Below are positions 23,887 to 39,070 of a stretch of DNA of 64,000 nucleotides, in pieces. The translations under genes and the position numbers were made by a program. Location of the stretch: the NCBI GenBank assembly GCA_012295275.1, contig CM022666.1, positions 2,170,001 to 2,234,000 on the forward strand, read 5' to 3'. This DNA comes from Chrysomallon squamiferum (Eukaryota > Animalia > Mollusca). Position 1 is the first letter of the stretch. Every line of letters starts with the position of its first letter. The notes beneath the pieces were generated by a model. It was not told where the DNA came from, did not search any database, and worked only from the letters and a program-made list of their open reading frames with translations.

Positions 23887-26800
23887 GAATTTTTCCTTTT
23901 TCCAAAAATTGTAATTAAAATCCGGCTACTAAACAAATTATTCTTTTTTGTGACAGCCAGATTCACCACAGTTGGAAGTCTTGTTCATACAAGTCCCATC
24001 CCAGTAAAAAAAAAATTATTAAAAAAATCAACAAAAATCAAAAAATGTTTTTTTATGTTTCGTTTGATAGTTCTGTAAATACTTGCAATTTTTTTTATCC
24101 TGATTAGCAAAAATCAGCAATCTCCAATACTCACTTGACTACCTACAAAACTTAGGAAGAAACATATCCACTCGTTAGGAAATCTTCCAGTATTAATACT
24201 TGAAAATTATTCACTGTTCTGAAAAGCAAGTGATGGTTATGGCAAAAGAATCTTTTATTGTTTTTTTCTTTTTTTTTTTTTTTTTTTTCAATTTTTTTGG
24301 TTTCACTGTCCATCTTTTTTTTTTTTTCATTTACTCGGGTGATTAGTTTAAAAAACAAAGCACTAATCTAGAACGCTTTTAGTGAAGCCATTTACAAAAT
24401 GACTTGTTCTGGAAAATGAAATTGTTATTGAATTTGTTTGATTAGTGCCTTCTCACAAATTTTTTTTTTTTTTTTTTCTTTCAGAAAGGAGTATTGTTTT
24501 CAGAAAATGATTATATTTTCTCTTTTTCTTTTTTCCAAGGTTAAATGATTTCATGTTTTGACACGTTACTGTTTTCTGAGCTTTATAATCAACCTTCAAG
24601 TTTACGAGTATGAATTTTTATATATATGGCCATTTTTGGTCTAGGGTTTATTATTATTTTTTTTTTTTTTTTTTTTCTATTATTGTTAAGTTGGGTTTGT
24701 TTGGGATTTTTAAAAATGATTTACAAACTTTAAGTTTATTATATTAAAAATTATCAATTATTATATTATATTATTACTTTATTTTATAATAATCTATAAA
24801 TCAATGACAAAAAATTAAGATCATATCTTCCCCAATACCAAAGATTTTTTTTTGGGGGGAGGGGGGCGGTTGTGATAGAGATAATTAAAATTTAAAAAAA
24901 TAAATAAAATAAAATCCTTTGTCCTGCAAATTTTAAAAATCTGACTAATGTAATTGAACTGGAAGCGAAAAAAAACCTAATTAATTTTAAAAACAAAAAA
25001 AGAGAGGAAAAAAATTTAATAATAACAATAAAGAAATGATAATGAATTCTAGTCATTTATAAGTAAACATTTATTTTATCAGTATGTTACGTACATCAAT
25101 ACTCCTTTCTTAACCGCTGTTAAATAGTCCAAACAGTTAAAAAAAAAAAAAAAAAATCTAATCAATGGGGCACTTCTGGCATAGCACTTATATTCATAAC
25201 TGTTACATTCAGTCTACAAGAATTAACTTCAATTCATTTAGCTGTCTGATTGATTGAAAATCACAGTGACTGTTAAAAAAAAAAAAAAAAAAACTCCCAA
25301 ATAACCAAACAAGTCCAAAAAACAATAATAATAATAAATAAAATAAATTTATAATTTTTTTTAAAATTTGTTAAGTTACAAAAACAAATCAAACCCATAA
25401 ATATAAATCCGAAAATCAGTGTGATTTCCAACATCCAAATTACAAAAATTTTATTTACTGATTTAAAAAAAGAAAAGAAGGTTCCATGAATATCTTTTTC
25501 CACCACCCCCAATCAAGCATTTGAAAAAATAAGCAAAAAAATAAATAAAAAAAAAAAAAAAAAATAATGATGTGATACAAAATATACTTTTATCATATAC
25601 ATCTGGAATTTCTGTGTTTGTAATTTTTACGTTGTTTTGCTTTGTACGACAACCTCAGGCTACTTGCTCCGAACATACTAAGAGTAGCACACCAAAAGTA
25701 CCCCAGTGAAATCATTGAAGTTGCCAGTACCTCCTTGCGTCTCTGCGCCTCCAGCTCGGCCTCCCTCTGCTTCTCCAGCTCCTGCAACATCTGCTTCTCC
25801 ATTATGCGCTTGGCTTCTTCGACGCGTCGCAAAACCTCGGCTTCGATTTCGTCTTTTCTTTTTTCCAGTTCCTCCTCGACTCTCTTAGCGACCAGCTCTT
25901 CCACTCTCCGAGCTACTTCTTCTTCAATCAGTTTCTCTTCGAGCTCTTTCTGTTTTCTGAAAAGAATATTTTTAAAATTTAAAAATGAGAATAATCAAAT
26001 TAAAAAATGCCAATAAAGTGTAACATATATATATTTTTATTTTTATTTTGTTTAAATTTGTTAAGACGAAGAATACTTGCAGTAATCAAGGCTGAGCATA
26101 CCTTATTCAAAATGCCTGAGGACACAAGTGTTTTAGAATTTTTCACATGTTTGGAATAAAAGGAAACAAGGCTGCCTGAAAATGGGTTCCAGGACATTTA
26201 CAGCTTATGTAAACAGCCTGCTTCCTTTTATTTTTACACATTTGTAATAATTATGTGAAAAAAATAAAGTACACTAACCAATCTAAAATCTGTTAGTTAT
26301 CACTATATCAACTGCTCTTATATTTTTTTTTTTTTTTTTTATTAATTACATAATTAAAAAAACATTCTGGATTTGGCACTTACTGAAGCCTTTGTCTTTC
26401 TAATTCTGCTTTCTTTTCCTCTTCTTCACGTTTTTTTGCTCTAATTATCAAATCTTCATCACTGCTAGAACTACTTGAAGAATAAGATCGTTTTCTACAG
26501 AAAGAAAGAAAACACAAAACACAATGAACAACCTTCAGTGAAAAGTCTACATGTTATTTACTGATGGAACAAAAAAATCTGTTTAATGGAAAGAGTCCAC
26601 ATCATTACCCCCAATACCAGTAAATGGATGGTTTAATATATTAGAAAAAATTTACTTACTTATTGGTAAAAATTTAAGGATAGGAAATTTTGTTTATTTT
26701 TAATGGAAACAGTCCACACCATTTCCCCAATACAAGTTAAACATATGGTTATTTTACAATATGGAAAGAATCCAAAACAGTTATCAAAATATGTGTATTG

Positions 26801-27810
26801 GTAAAATTATAGTGAACAAAAAATAACAAGCTGTTAGTGTGTATTCCATCTATATCTAATATTCTTTATTCTAGTTTCTGTGATAATGGACAAATAATGA
26901 ATTTATTCTTCTTTTTTTTTTCTTTTTAATAATAAAAATACCATATAAGTACATTTCTGTACAAAAATCAATAATGTTTAAAATAAAATGAATGGCCCAA
27001 CTTGGTTGATTAAAGAACTAATATAATGACATGTCTGTTTGCTGATTCAAAATTGTCACCAGTCATCACTAATTATAACTTATCATTATTAACTGCTCAC
27101 TGGTTAGCAAACCACATACATGTATTGAGAATAACAAAAACATGAAACTGAAAATATAAATAGCGAAATTCTTTAAATTATAATTTCAAAAAACAATGTT
27201 TCTTTTATACATTCTACAATTAATGCATAAAGTAATAATCTTCTTTCTCACTTTCAGTTTCAGCCTCAATAAGCTAATCTCTATTTAGAGCATTTTATAA
27301 ACACAAAAACGGGGGTGGATGAAAATAACATAATTAGTCATGGAGATGTTCCAGTTATTAAATAGACACTTTATATCCAATTACAAACTCTCTGCTATCT
27401 GATTTAAAGGTCATTTTACTAAACTATAATAAAATAAAAACCATCTATCATTCTACGTCGAAGACAGTTATAGTTTATACATTATTATTATTATACTGCA
27501 CAAGTAAATTATCTACTAAAACTATATTAACAAATGTTCAATGTATTTCAATGTTTTGATTACTTTATCATTCATATTATGTATAAATAAACTTTATACT
27601 TTACTGTGTAGTCCAGCACTAAAGTTTGTGCATGAAGTTTATTTACCTGCTAGATCGTTTACGATCTCTAGACCTAGAACGCACCCTGCTGTTCGATGTG
27701 GTTGATCGTCTGGTACGTGAAACTGATCGTGATCTTGTGCGTGATCTACGTTTTTTGTGCTTAACACGGTGTCTTGATCGTGTAGCCGAACGACTTCTTG
27801 ATCTACCCAT
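22320..27810 (-). CDS. ARGLU1: Arginine and glutamate-rich protein 1, complete, 5 exons, 247 aa
   Basis: Exons on -: 27810-27647 (MGRSRSRS..., RS-rich), 26494-26384, 25956-25731 ([47 protein letters not shown]), 23029-22946 (EEER...[15 protein letters not shown]), 22478-22320 ([14 protein letters not shown]...[10 protein letters not shown]). Total 744 nt, all GT-AG, phases consistent. The coiled-coil and C-terminal RPKLSF motif are diagnostic of ARGLU1. Confidence 0.95.
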
Positions 27811-27884
27811 AGTTTCACCGGATTTTTTTACCAATTTAGTATGCTTTTCCAATTACCAAACCTATGCAAAACATCCACCATCAA

Positions 27885-28020
27885 ATCTAACATGGCGAAC
27901 TGAAGCTGATTGACCAATGTGTCTCAATATGTTACGCTTTCTTTCTTAACATGCTCAAATCCTTTATTATAACCTCGAGCCAGTTTAGCGAGTTGTTTCG
28001 TTGACGTCACTTCTGGTCTG
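27885..28020 (-). promoter_or_regulatory. Putative ARGLU1 proximal promoter (YY1-like, CCAAT and CRE motifs)
   Basis: CpG-containing island 80-200 nt upstream of the ATG: CGCCATGTT (YY1 consensus CGCCATNTT) at 27897-27889, CCAAT at 27914-27918, palindromic TGACGTCA at 28002-28009 next to an ETS-like ACTTCTGG. These are motif matches only. Confidence 0.45.
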
Positions 28021-29300
28021 ACAATAGATACACCAAAGCGCTATTTTTTACCGTCATCGTTTATAAATATGACTGCAGTTCTTACATTAGAATGAAATAA
28101 ATAATACTGTTTAAATCACTGAATATAAATTTTATGAATTGTGAAAAAGTAACATCGGTGTCTTCTATTTAAATAACAATATATGAAATATTGATAAACC
28201 AGTCAATGTATTATTCATTATATAAACTATTGTTCATTATTTTGATTTTTGAAAAAATACTAAGATTACTTGTAATTAATTTCTTTTATTATATATCTAT
28301 ATAAACAGTTTGTAGTAGTAGTGTCTGTTTTTAGACAAGTTAAATCATTTGTAGATATTAAAAACCATAAATTGTATGCATCTGACATCCAGTATTTCAG
28401 TATTACTATTAGGCAAACGCAAATTGAAAAAATCAAATTATTTTAAGTAATATTTGGGATAGAGTTTCCTGAATTCTTTTTTGCCTTCATTCAGAGGAGC
28501 TTGCTGAAAGACATCAAATTTGACAATAATAGTCATCAGTTTTACACATACTAATTAATACATCCTTAATCGTTTCTTTAAATATTTAAAAAAATTAAAA
28601 ATCAATTATTATCACTCCCAGAAATGCTATGCTCAAGTCCCATCATATTTTAACCCTAAACTGAAAACGACATGATTCCAACAAAATGATTCACGTGAAA
28701 ACATGTTTGTGCAAAAACTTCCAGGCAACTTGGTTAAAGAAGCATTTTTTGTGGAGTTAATTTTTTCTATTTTTTTCTTTTTTATTTTTTTTTTAAATTA
28801 TTATTGTTGTTATTTTTATCTTTAGGTATGCTTTTGGTGTGAGAAAATATTTAAAAAAAATTATTTAAAATTATTTAAATTATAGAAATGTATTAAATAT
28901 TTTACAAAAAAACTGGCAATAAAACCATTTGGTAAAAGCATTGCTTAGCAACAGATATTTCGTATTTTTTATTTTTATTTATAATTTATGTTTGAAATAA
29001 ATATAGGTATTGATATCAGACATTAATGTTTATTTAATGTGTTTGTGGTGTGTGTATGTGCATTTCTGAAAAGAATACTGTGTATAAGAGAGGTGTCTGT
29101 TGTTTTATGTCCTATCTAACATCTCTGTATTTCGGATGTAACTAAACGGTGTGCCCATACCAGCATTAACGAGTTCAAGAACTAAAATTAATTACTTAAA
29201 TAAATAAGACAGAAACAAAAAAGTGTTTTTCAAAGCATTTATCAAATGCAGAATATGATGAATGAAAGTAACAACATTAATGTATAAAAATACATTATCT

Positions 29301-29332
<32 letters not shown>

Positions 29333-30720
29333 TTGTGCACAGTAATGCTGCTGTTTACAGAATACTATATATTTACAATTTTTTTTTTTTTAAAATGTTT
29401 TAATATATTTTTAGCTGACATGAAATTTAAACAGCCAAACTGGTAAAAATGTAACAAGAAATGTCAAATAAATTTCACAGCACCCCAAATACATCACTGA
29501 GCAAAAACTCATTGTAATAATTAAACACGTTTCACCCACTTTGACAAACTGCACCTTGTTGCTTTTCACCTTAAAATATTTATTTTCTTTCGTTCTTTCT
29601 TTCTGTGACTTCTTTACCATCTATATCTGTTAGTTAGCTCTTACTATTCAGTTAAATTACTCATTCTTGTGCATTATCACAGCTACTAAAACTTATCAGC
29701 TACCATAACTATTACTTACACATTAATTTTCCAAGATAGCAAAGAAAAAAGTCTGTGTATTTTATAACATCTTTTCATTCTATCACTTGCTTTCATTTTC
29801 TCTTTCGAAATATAAACTAGCACATGTAAGACTAATCTTAGAGGACCAGAATACATCCGTTCATTCATATGTAAACAGATATTTATTTATTATAATTTTC
29901 TCTTCGAATATACTCTCACCTCTCCATAACTGATTTTATTACCATTTAGAACCTCTTGAAAACACATACACACACATGCACATAAACACACACAAACACA
30001 CACCTTTTTTTCTCAAGTTTATCACTTTTCAGTGGTCAAACTACAATATTGAATGATGTCTGAAAATATTTACATTTAGTGAAAAGCATCAAGTTAAGAA
30101 ATAAAACAAAGGTGATGTGTTTAATTATTAATATCACAGGAATTGGTGGACCATAAAACAGTGATGAAAAGCTATATGTAACAAAATAATTAAATAAGAA
30201 ATTTTTTAAAGTTCACCTCTCTTGTTTGGCAATAACATAATAATGCCATCTTATGTTATTGGAACTACATGTGTTCCATTTACAGTAATACAAACAGATA
30301 AATAAAATAAAAAATAAATGTTATTGATCAATATTAGTACTTCATTTCTATTATTTTATATATATACTGTATACATTTTTTATATATATATATATTTTTT
30401 TTAAATCTTTGACACTATACCCTTCAGTAAAGTAGTTTAATATTTAAATAATTTTAAATTATGTTTCATTCCATTTTTCTAATAATAAATATGATTTTGC
30501 ATTTAATATGCATTTTCTTTAATTCCAAAAAAAAAAGCAACTTTTTTAACAATTTTCCAAAATATTAACTATAATAAAAATGTTCAATCGTTAAGAATGC
30601 ACAAAAAATGTATATATTTGAATACAGTTTTTTAAAGTTTTTAAATAAAATACAACATAACATTTTGTAATACATATTATGTTCACATTTGGATTTTATA
30701 TTTAAAATAATTTTACTCTG

Positions 30721-30754
<34 letters not shown>

Positions 30755-30826
30755 AACAAAACAACCCACAATGCATAAACATACCAAAACAAATAACTGG
30801 CAATATACTGTTTGCATTATCATAAT

Positions 30827-30857
<31 letters not shown>

Positions 30858-31045
30858 TACACAAATATAAATAAAATAAAATAATATAAATATTTAATAA
30901 TAACAATAATAATAATAATATTTATGACAATAATGAGCAGTAATAAATAAATAAATAAATAAATAAATAAATCGTAAGAGATTCTATTTAATAAAGTCTT
31001 TCAGAGTGAACTCAAATGTCTGCTCAAAGTGTTGCTCACTGAGTT

Positions 31046-31247
31046 TTAGTAATCTAAACTCATTAAGAGGGCTGTGCCTCGTTTACACCAGTGGTCTGGA
31101 CTCTTGTCTCCGGTTTTCAGATCTACAGCTACGACAAACGACGGTCTCCCCCCAGAACCAGCTCTGTTTGGATAGTAATATACTGGGCTGGTGTAAATAC
31201 CTGAAATAATAATAATAGTAATAATAGTAATAATAGTAATAATAGTA

Positions 31248-31331
<84 letters not shown>

Positions 31332-34300
31332 GTAACAACAATAATAATAGTAATAATAATAATAATAATAGTAATAATAATAATAATAGTAATAGTAATA
31401 ATAATAATAATATATAAAACAATAACAATAATAATAAATATTAATAATACATAAAACAATAATAATAATAATAATAAATAGTAGTAGTAATAATAATGTA
31501 TGAGGAAAAACAACAGTTTTATTTTACTAATAGTAATTTAATAATGAAAGTAATAATAACTAATAATTTAATAATACATATGACAATATTAATGGTACAG
31601 GTAATAATGATAACAATATATATAACTGATCATATATATATTGTGAAAATTTATTAATAATAGTAGTAATAATAAAGTTATTTTATTTACGCCAATACTG
31701 ATATATATATATATTATTTTTTTTTTTTTTATATGCTTTCTCCAAAATATGTCAAACTAACTTAAGAACACAGTAATGTTTCAAAATATTTATACAAAAC
31801 ACACAAAAGTACACATATACACAAACACACACACATAAAACACACATATAACACAAACGAGGCACACAGATATGTATTAAAAACACATAAATTCACACAG
31901 ACGCAGACAAACAAGAACGGAGATCTGTATTTTAACATTTCACCAACCTTTGCTGGTTTTCTTTTTGCTCTCGGCAGGTTTGAAATGTATGGTTGGCATG
32001 GCACAGACCAGCTGCATCGGGTTGGCTTCAATGAGACAGGCGTTCTTCTTGTCCCACCCTGCCCCTTGCAGGAACAACCCCTTAATGTACACACCATCCT
32101 GAAAACAATGTTGTAAAGTGGTGAAACTGAGGCACATGGAGATAATAATGAAAATGAAGGAAAGAAAAAGAAAGAGAAACAAATAATAATTAAGATGGAG
32201 GGTAAAAATAATTCTGGGGTAGGTATGATATATATATTGTGTTCTTTTTTCTTAAAATCTTTATAAAATACAAGTTTTATTAATAATACCATAATCATAA
32301 ACAAAAACTACTAGTATCAGTAATACAAACTGTAAAAACTAATAATGTTGGTACAAAATATGCTAGTAATAAATCCAAAATTTACTTCCTAAAGAACATT
32401 ACATTTATTTTATTATCAACATCCTATATATAAAATAATAATAAAAAAATATATATATATATAAAATTCTATAAAGATATATATTTTTTTTAAATAACAA
32501 TAATCATTATAAAAATTAAAAAAATTAAAACTTTACACTTTTCATGTAATAATACTATTTACACATAATAACAAAAGCATCCAAATAAAAAACAAAAAAA
32601 AAACAACAACAACAAAATTAAAATCATTTTATAATAATATAAAACAAAACATCTACAAATATGTTAATTTAAAAAAACAAAGAAAAAACAAAACAACAAC
32701 AACAAAATTAAAATCATTTTATAATAATATAAAACAAAACCTCTACAAATATGTTAATTTTAACCTTATAATAATTCAGAAAAAAAAGTTTATCTAATAA
32801 ATTGTTTTTTAAAGAAAATTAATAAAAATAAAATAAAAATCTGTGATTACCTTTGGTGGTCCAGTAATATTGGAGTCGTCAACTGTCATCACAGTGAATT
32901 CCCAGGACAGTGAATCTACCGACACCTGCATTAAAACAATAAAACCAAGACAATGTAAAGCAAACTCCATAAAAAGATGTTTTTGAATCACTGAATGATT
33001 GTATTCAAGATATATACAAGATATATGTATTAAAACAATAAACACAAAGCAAAGCAAAGAATAATAAAAAAAAAAAAAAAAATGGTTTGGAATGATAGCA
33101 CCATTTTACATCATTTTAATTACAAAGTACTCCCATAATGATATAGGTGGATTGTCTGGATGAAAATGATATGAATAATTCAACAAATGAAAAAAAAAAA
33201 TAAAATAATAATAATAAATAAAGAAAAAAGAACAAGATAAAGATCAAGAAAGAAAATGAAAGAAAAAACAGAAAGAAACAAAAATCAAAATAAAAAATGA
33301 AAAACAAAGAAAGAAAAAAGATAAAGAAATAAAAAAAAAAATTATAAATAAAAAAATATAAAAACAATAGTATATATAAATTTAAAAATAAAAAAAAAAA
33401 AAATAAAAAAAAAAATAAAAAATAAATAAAAATAAATAAAGAAATAAAAAAGAAAAAAAAATAATAATAAATAATAAAATAAAATCAAAAATTAATAACG
33501 AAAAAGAGAGAGAAACAAAGATGGAAGTGAAGACAGAGGTGACGTACGCTGTTTTGTCTGGCTGACGTCTGTAACACTGCAGTGAGGAAGCCGGTGGGGA
33601 AGGTGAAACCTGACATCCAGAAGATGGTGGGAGGGTGAGCAATCTGAGCCCACTTGCTGAACTGTTCCACTCGAGTGACGAGGTCATGGTCCCACATGAG
33701 ACAGAGGCTTCATGGATGGGTAAGCCTGAAGAAAACATTAACATTAAAAACAGGTAACATTAAAAACAGCTAACATTAAAAACAGCTAACGTTAAAAACA
33801 GTTAACATTAAAAACAGTTAACATTAAAAACATTTAACATTAAAAACTGTTAACATTAAAAACAGCTAACATTAAAAACATTTAACATTAAAAACAGTTA
33901 ACATTAAAAAAATATATCATTAAAAAAAATGTAACATTAAAAACATTTAACATTAAAAATATTTAACACTAAAAAAATGTTCATGTTAAAAAAACTGAAA
34001 ATAACTAAATAAAACAGAATATAATATAAATAATTCCGAAAATGTTTTTAAAATGTAGATAGACTAGAAAATGAGATACAATCATTTACCAAAGAAAATA
34101 AAACTTATGTTGTACATTTCTAGAATGACATGAAAATGAACAAATGTTTAACGTTTAAAAACTGAACAGAAATTTAATAAAATTTTAATTAAAACCATAG
34201 AATGACGTAGAAATTAAACAAATGTTCAGTTACAAAAAACTGAAATGCACAGAATATTTAATAAATGTTTAATGTTTAAAAATGTATCCTAAAATTTAAT

Positions 34301-35303
34301 ATGATTGTTGAGTGATAATATAGCGATAATATTTATTTACTTATTTAGATAAATTACAAGTTACTTGACTCTTTAATATTGTGATTATTTCTTTTTATTA
34401 TTATCATTCCCTATAGATAACAGTATCACAGTCAAACTTCATATTACCTACTTTCTTTTCAATAACTGCATAACATGTTATAATGCATGTTTCAGTATAA
34501 TAGTCAAACTTGATAATACATGCATTCTTTCTAGATAATAACTGAATAACATGAAAACGTCACTGGTATAACATGCAAATTTGATAATATATACATTCTT
34601 TGTACATAACTGCACAACATACAAACTTGAATAGTACAATATCGAACACCATAACACGGCAAACTTGATAATACAGCCACTCCTTCTAGATAACTGCATA
34701 AGAAGCAAACTAATATCCTAAATAACGGTATAACACGGCAAATACGACAACAAATGCATTTTTTTCTAAACAACGGCATAACATTGAAACTTCCCTGGTA
34801 CACCTTTCTGCAAACCAAAGACGACAGTAACAAATACTGAACTGTATCGTATGCAGCTGGTTGATATACAAAACAAGGGGCGCTGAGGACTTTTCTACTT
34901 ACTCTTTCCCAGGTTTCGGGAACATGGCCATCGTAGATGCAGTGGAAGATGTCTTCCAGGTCACTGCTCATCACCACCAGGCCCTGGATTCCTTTCTCCA
35001 AATCTGCCAGAGATGCACGAATCTCATCCAGCAGCATGTTGTAGCGCTGAATCTAGAATTAAAAACAAATTATATATTGTGTATTTAACTAATTAATGAA
35101 ATAATAATAATTCAGCAGCATGAATGAATCTAGAATTAAAACAAATTATATATGTGTATTTAACTAATTAATGAATGTAACAATAACAATGTGTGTGCAT
35201 ATGAATATAAAATATATATATATATAATTAATGAATTCAGAATAACATTATCTATGTGTATCTGTATGTATGTGTGTGTGCATATATATATATATATAAT
35301 GTA

Positions 35304-35346
<43 letters not shown>

Positions 35347-37475
35347 GTGTAAATATATACAATTTAGGAATCCAACAATGCATATATAAGACAATGTGAA
35401 TGTAGATAAACACAAAGATAACCACACACATACACCAATAAGCAGACACAGAAAGCTTTAAACAAACAAGGCCAAAAAGATGAAAACAATAAATATAAAT
35501 AAATCCACTTCTTCACTTTTTCTAAACAACATTTATTAAAAGATTAATAACTGTGTATTAAAATAATACAGAAATAAATATAACTATCTTTAATTTAAAA
35601 AGAAAATTTAATAACAATAATTAGAAGAAAAACAACAACAATAATAAACAAATGGATTTTTATAAAAACCTATCAATTTTAAAGAACTATACTTACACAC
35701 ATAAATAACACACACAAAATCAATTTTATAAAGCTATACAAAAAGCAAAATGACAGGAAACTCCAATATCTTACTTCTTGAAGCAGGACAACATTTAAAG
35801 CTGATGGGTCCACTGACAGAATTTTAGCTGTTCCTTCGTAATCAATATTTTCTGGAAGCTGACGGAAAATGTTGGCTGCAAGTTCCAACACCTGTGGAAG
35901 AAAAAAGAAAAAAAAAGAAATGCAAATTATTTTATTAATAATAACAAAAAAATAAAATTAAGAATGTTAATAATAAAAATGATGATAAGGATAATAATAA
36001 ATAAAAACAATAATAATTATGAATTATAATAGTAGTAATAATAAATAAGAACATAAATAATAAATATTAATAATAATAATAATAATAATAAAGCAATAAT
36101 AACAAATATGAATAATACAAAAAAGTTGAAAAATTTATAATAAAACAACAGCAACCAGAAAACAATTTAAGAATTATATTAATTAAAATAAAAATTATTA
36201 TTAATATTACTAAACAAATCCTCAACCTTGCTAAACATTTGTAACTTTTATTCCTCACATTCTATATAAATTTTTTTTTTTTTTTTTTTAAATCTAAGAT
36301 TCATCAATAATGATAACAATGTGATTCTGCTTAAAACACTATAAATACTTTAAAAAAAATACACAAACAACTTTCCACCTTCCATTTATCAATATTTTTT
36401 ATTTTAAAAAACAAATCCTATTTCAGACAAGATTCACTCACTTTCTCTTCCCTGCTTTCACCCTGGGTGCTCGAGATCTGAGGCTGCAGTGACAACAGCG
36501 TGTCAAACATCATCTTCGTCTCTTGGATCTGGGAGGTGATGTCAGCGTTGGGGTGTTGCCCAAAAGCTTCGGGGTGATCAATGTTGGGCAGCATGCTCAC
36601 ATATTCCTTGTATGACGACAGAGGCCCATCCTTGGGGACATAGTAAGCTGGGAGAATCGACAGTCTGGAAAAGCAGTTGATGGATTTAATTAATGTAATG
36701 AACATAAATGATAAACGAAGGTAACTGAAAAGGTGAACATTTTTAAATTCTGGTTTATGTATCTCTGATAGTCATTAACAAATAACCTTAATGAATTTTT
36801 AGTAAATTTTCACATAAGTGGTTTTAATTACCAACTTTTGATGATAATAATGAAGTAACAGTTTTCATTTTTTTAATAATACCATTAAGTTAGGTATTTC
36901 AAAAAATATAAACAAAGAACAACAACAAAATATGATAATATGAGTAAATCAAAACAAGTTTGTAACAAAAAAAATTCTCTGTATGTGTGGATTTCTTATT
37001 TTAGATCTATTTATAAATTGGTGTTATTAATGAAAGAAACTAGCCAGAAAAAAGGAAATTGCATCAGTACAGACTTTATTATTATTAAAGATTGGTTTCA
37101 ATTAACAAATGAAACAGTCAGTAATACATATAAAAGGTAACTGTACATTTTAAATGTAACCATAAATACTTGTTTATTATATTAAATACAGTAAATAAAG
37201 ATTTTTTTTTTTTTTTTTTCAAACAGACACTTACTTGTAAAATGGTGTTGTCAGTGCTGCATCAGTGAAATAGTCAGAGATGTAGGTGTGCAGCAGTCTC
37301 CTGTCCCAGTCGTCAGTGACGTGGCCCCCATAGTTGATGCCAGCGATCAAATACTTGAGAGCGTCCCACGGAGTGTCTTCATACTCGTCCAGATAAATAC
37401 TCAGCAAGTTCTCAGAAACCTGCAATTTGTTTGTTTTTTATTTACATGTGTTTTGTTGATGGTACGTTGATGTTA

Positions 37476-37509
<34 letters not shown>

Positions 37510-37528
37510 TGTTTTGTTGATGGAGAGT

Positions 37529-37623
<95 letters not shown>

Positions 37624-38581
37624 AACAGATACAATTTACACATTATTTGATTTCAATTCATAGTGGCAGGTATTTCTTTTAACATGATTAACATTACTCA
37701 TGATAAAAACATAACAACTAATCTGAGAATGTAAAAAAAAAAAAAAATTCCACAAAGTTATATAAAATAAAATAACTATACAACTGGTAGAGAAATAAAA
37801 AAAATATTTATAAAACCAAATAAAAATCTAAATAAATATCTAAATAATTATCAACTGGTAGAGAAATAATTATACAGAAATATTTATCAAAAATTAAATA
37901 GATATATCTCTAAATAAAAACTGGTGAGAAAATTAAAATAAATATTTCTAATCAGCAGTCAACTGAATGTCAAGTAACAAATTGTCTCTGTTGTCTCTGC
38001 AGCTGATGAAAGCAGTCAGCTTCTTGACGTGGACACAAAACAGCATGTGATTTGGACAAACCTCGAAATCGGAGTCGTTGAACTCGTAGGCAATGTTCCA
38101 GCCAAGCATTAGAAACTTCTTCCTCTCGAGAAGCACTGAGTGGAAGAAGCAGAGACAGAAGAGGAGTTTCTTGTACTTGTCTTGTTTGTGGCATCGGCCA
38201 AACTGCTGGTCGTTTATCAGATTGTACAGACGTTTCATGTTTGCTTTTAGACCCTGTGGTTAAAAAAAATAATAATAATAATAATAATAGATGTAAGGGT
38301 GTTTATGAGTGGGTTTGATGTTTTGAAATGGATCTTTTTTTGAATCTGTTATAGATGTATTTAATGAAATTATTATTGTTGTTTTGTTTCATTTCAGGTT
38401 TAAATTCTACTCTATTTTTTTTTTTTGAAACAGAATCTTATCTATTTGAATTCCTGACTAAAATAACACACACACACATACACACACAAACAAAAATACA
38501 AACACATCCAAATGATTTCAGTTATTTTTTTACACTAGTTTACTGCACACAAACACAGACATAGAAAATCACACACACACA

Positions 38582-38634
<53 letters not shown>

Positions 38635-38678
38635 CCACACACACTCACACACCCACAAACCACCCACACAAACCCACC

Positions 38679-38721
<43 letters not shown>

Positions 38722-39024
38722 TCACTCACCTTTGGAGGTTCTGTTGTCATTTTTATCCCCTGCTGCAGGATGGAGATGGGGAATTCTGGGTGGGGACTGC
38801 TGCTCAGCCAGAGTCTGAATTCTGGGTGGGGCTCCTCTACCTGCAGCTGTTCCACTAGTTTGTCCAGGTGGGGCATCCAGCTCAGTGAGAGGTGACAGTT
38901 TGCCAGGAAAACCCAGTTTCCCTGAAAAATAAAATCATGTAAAGTTTATTACATATCTAGCTTCTACATTAATAATTAACAGTAATAATACTTTCTCTCT
39001 TTTGGGTAAAATAGAGAAATAGTA

Positions 39025-39070
<46 letters not shown>

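Noticed and set aside
28060-31000. Hidden gene or transposon between the ARGLU1 promoter and the DNAH2 3' end
   Set aside because: The region is very AT-rich with only short low-complexity ORFs, and I saw no terminal repeats or transposase/RT motifs.
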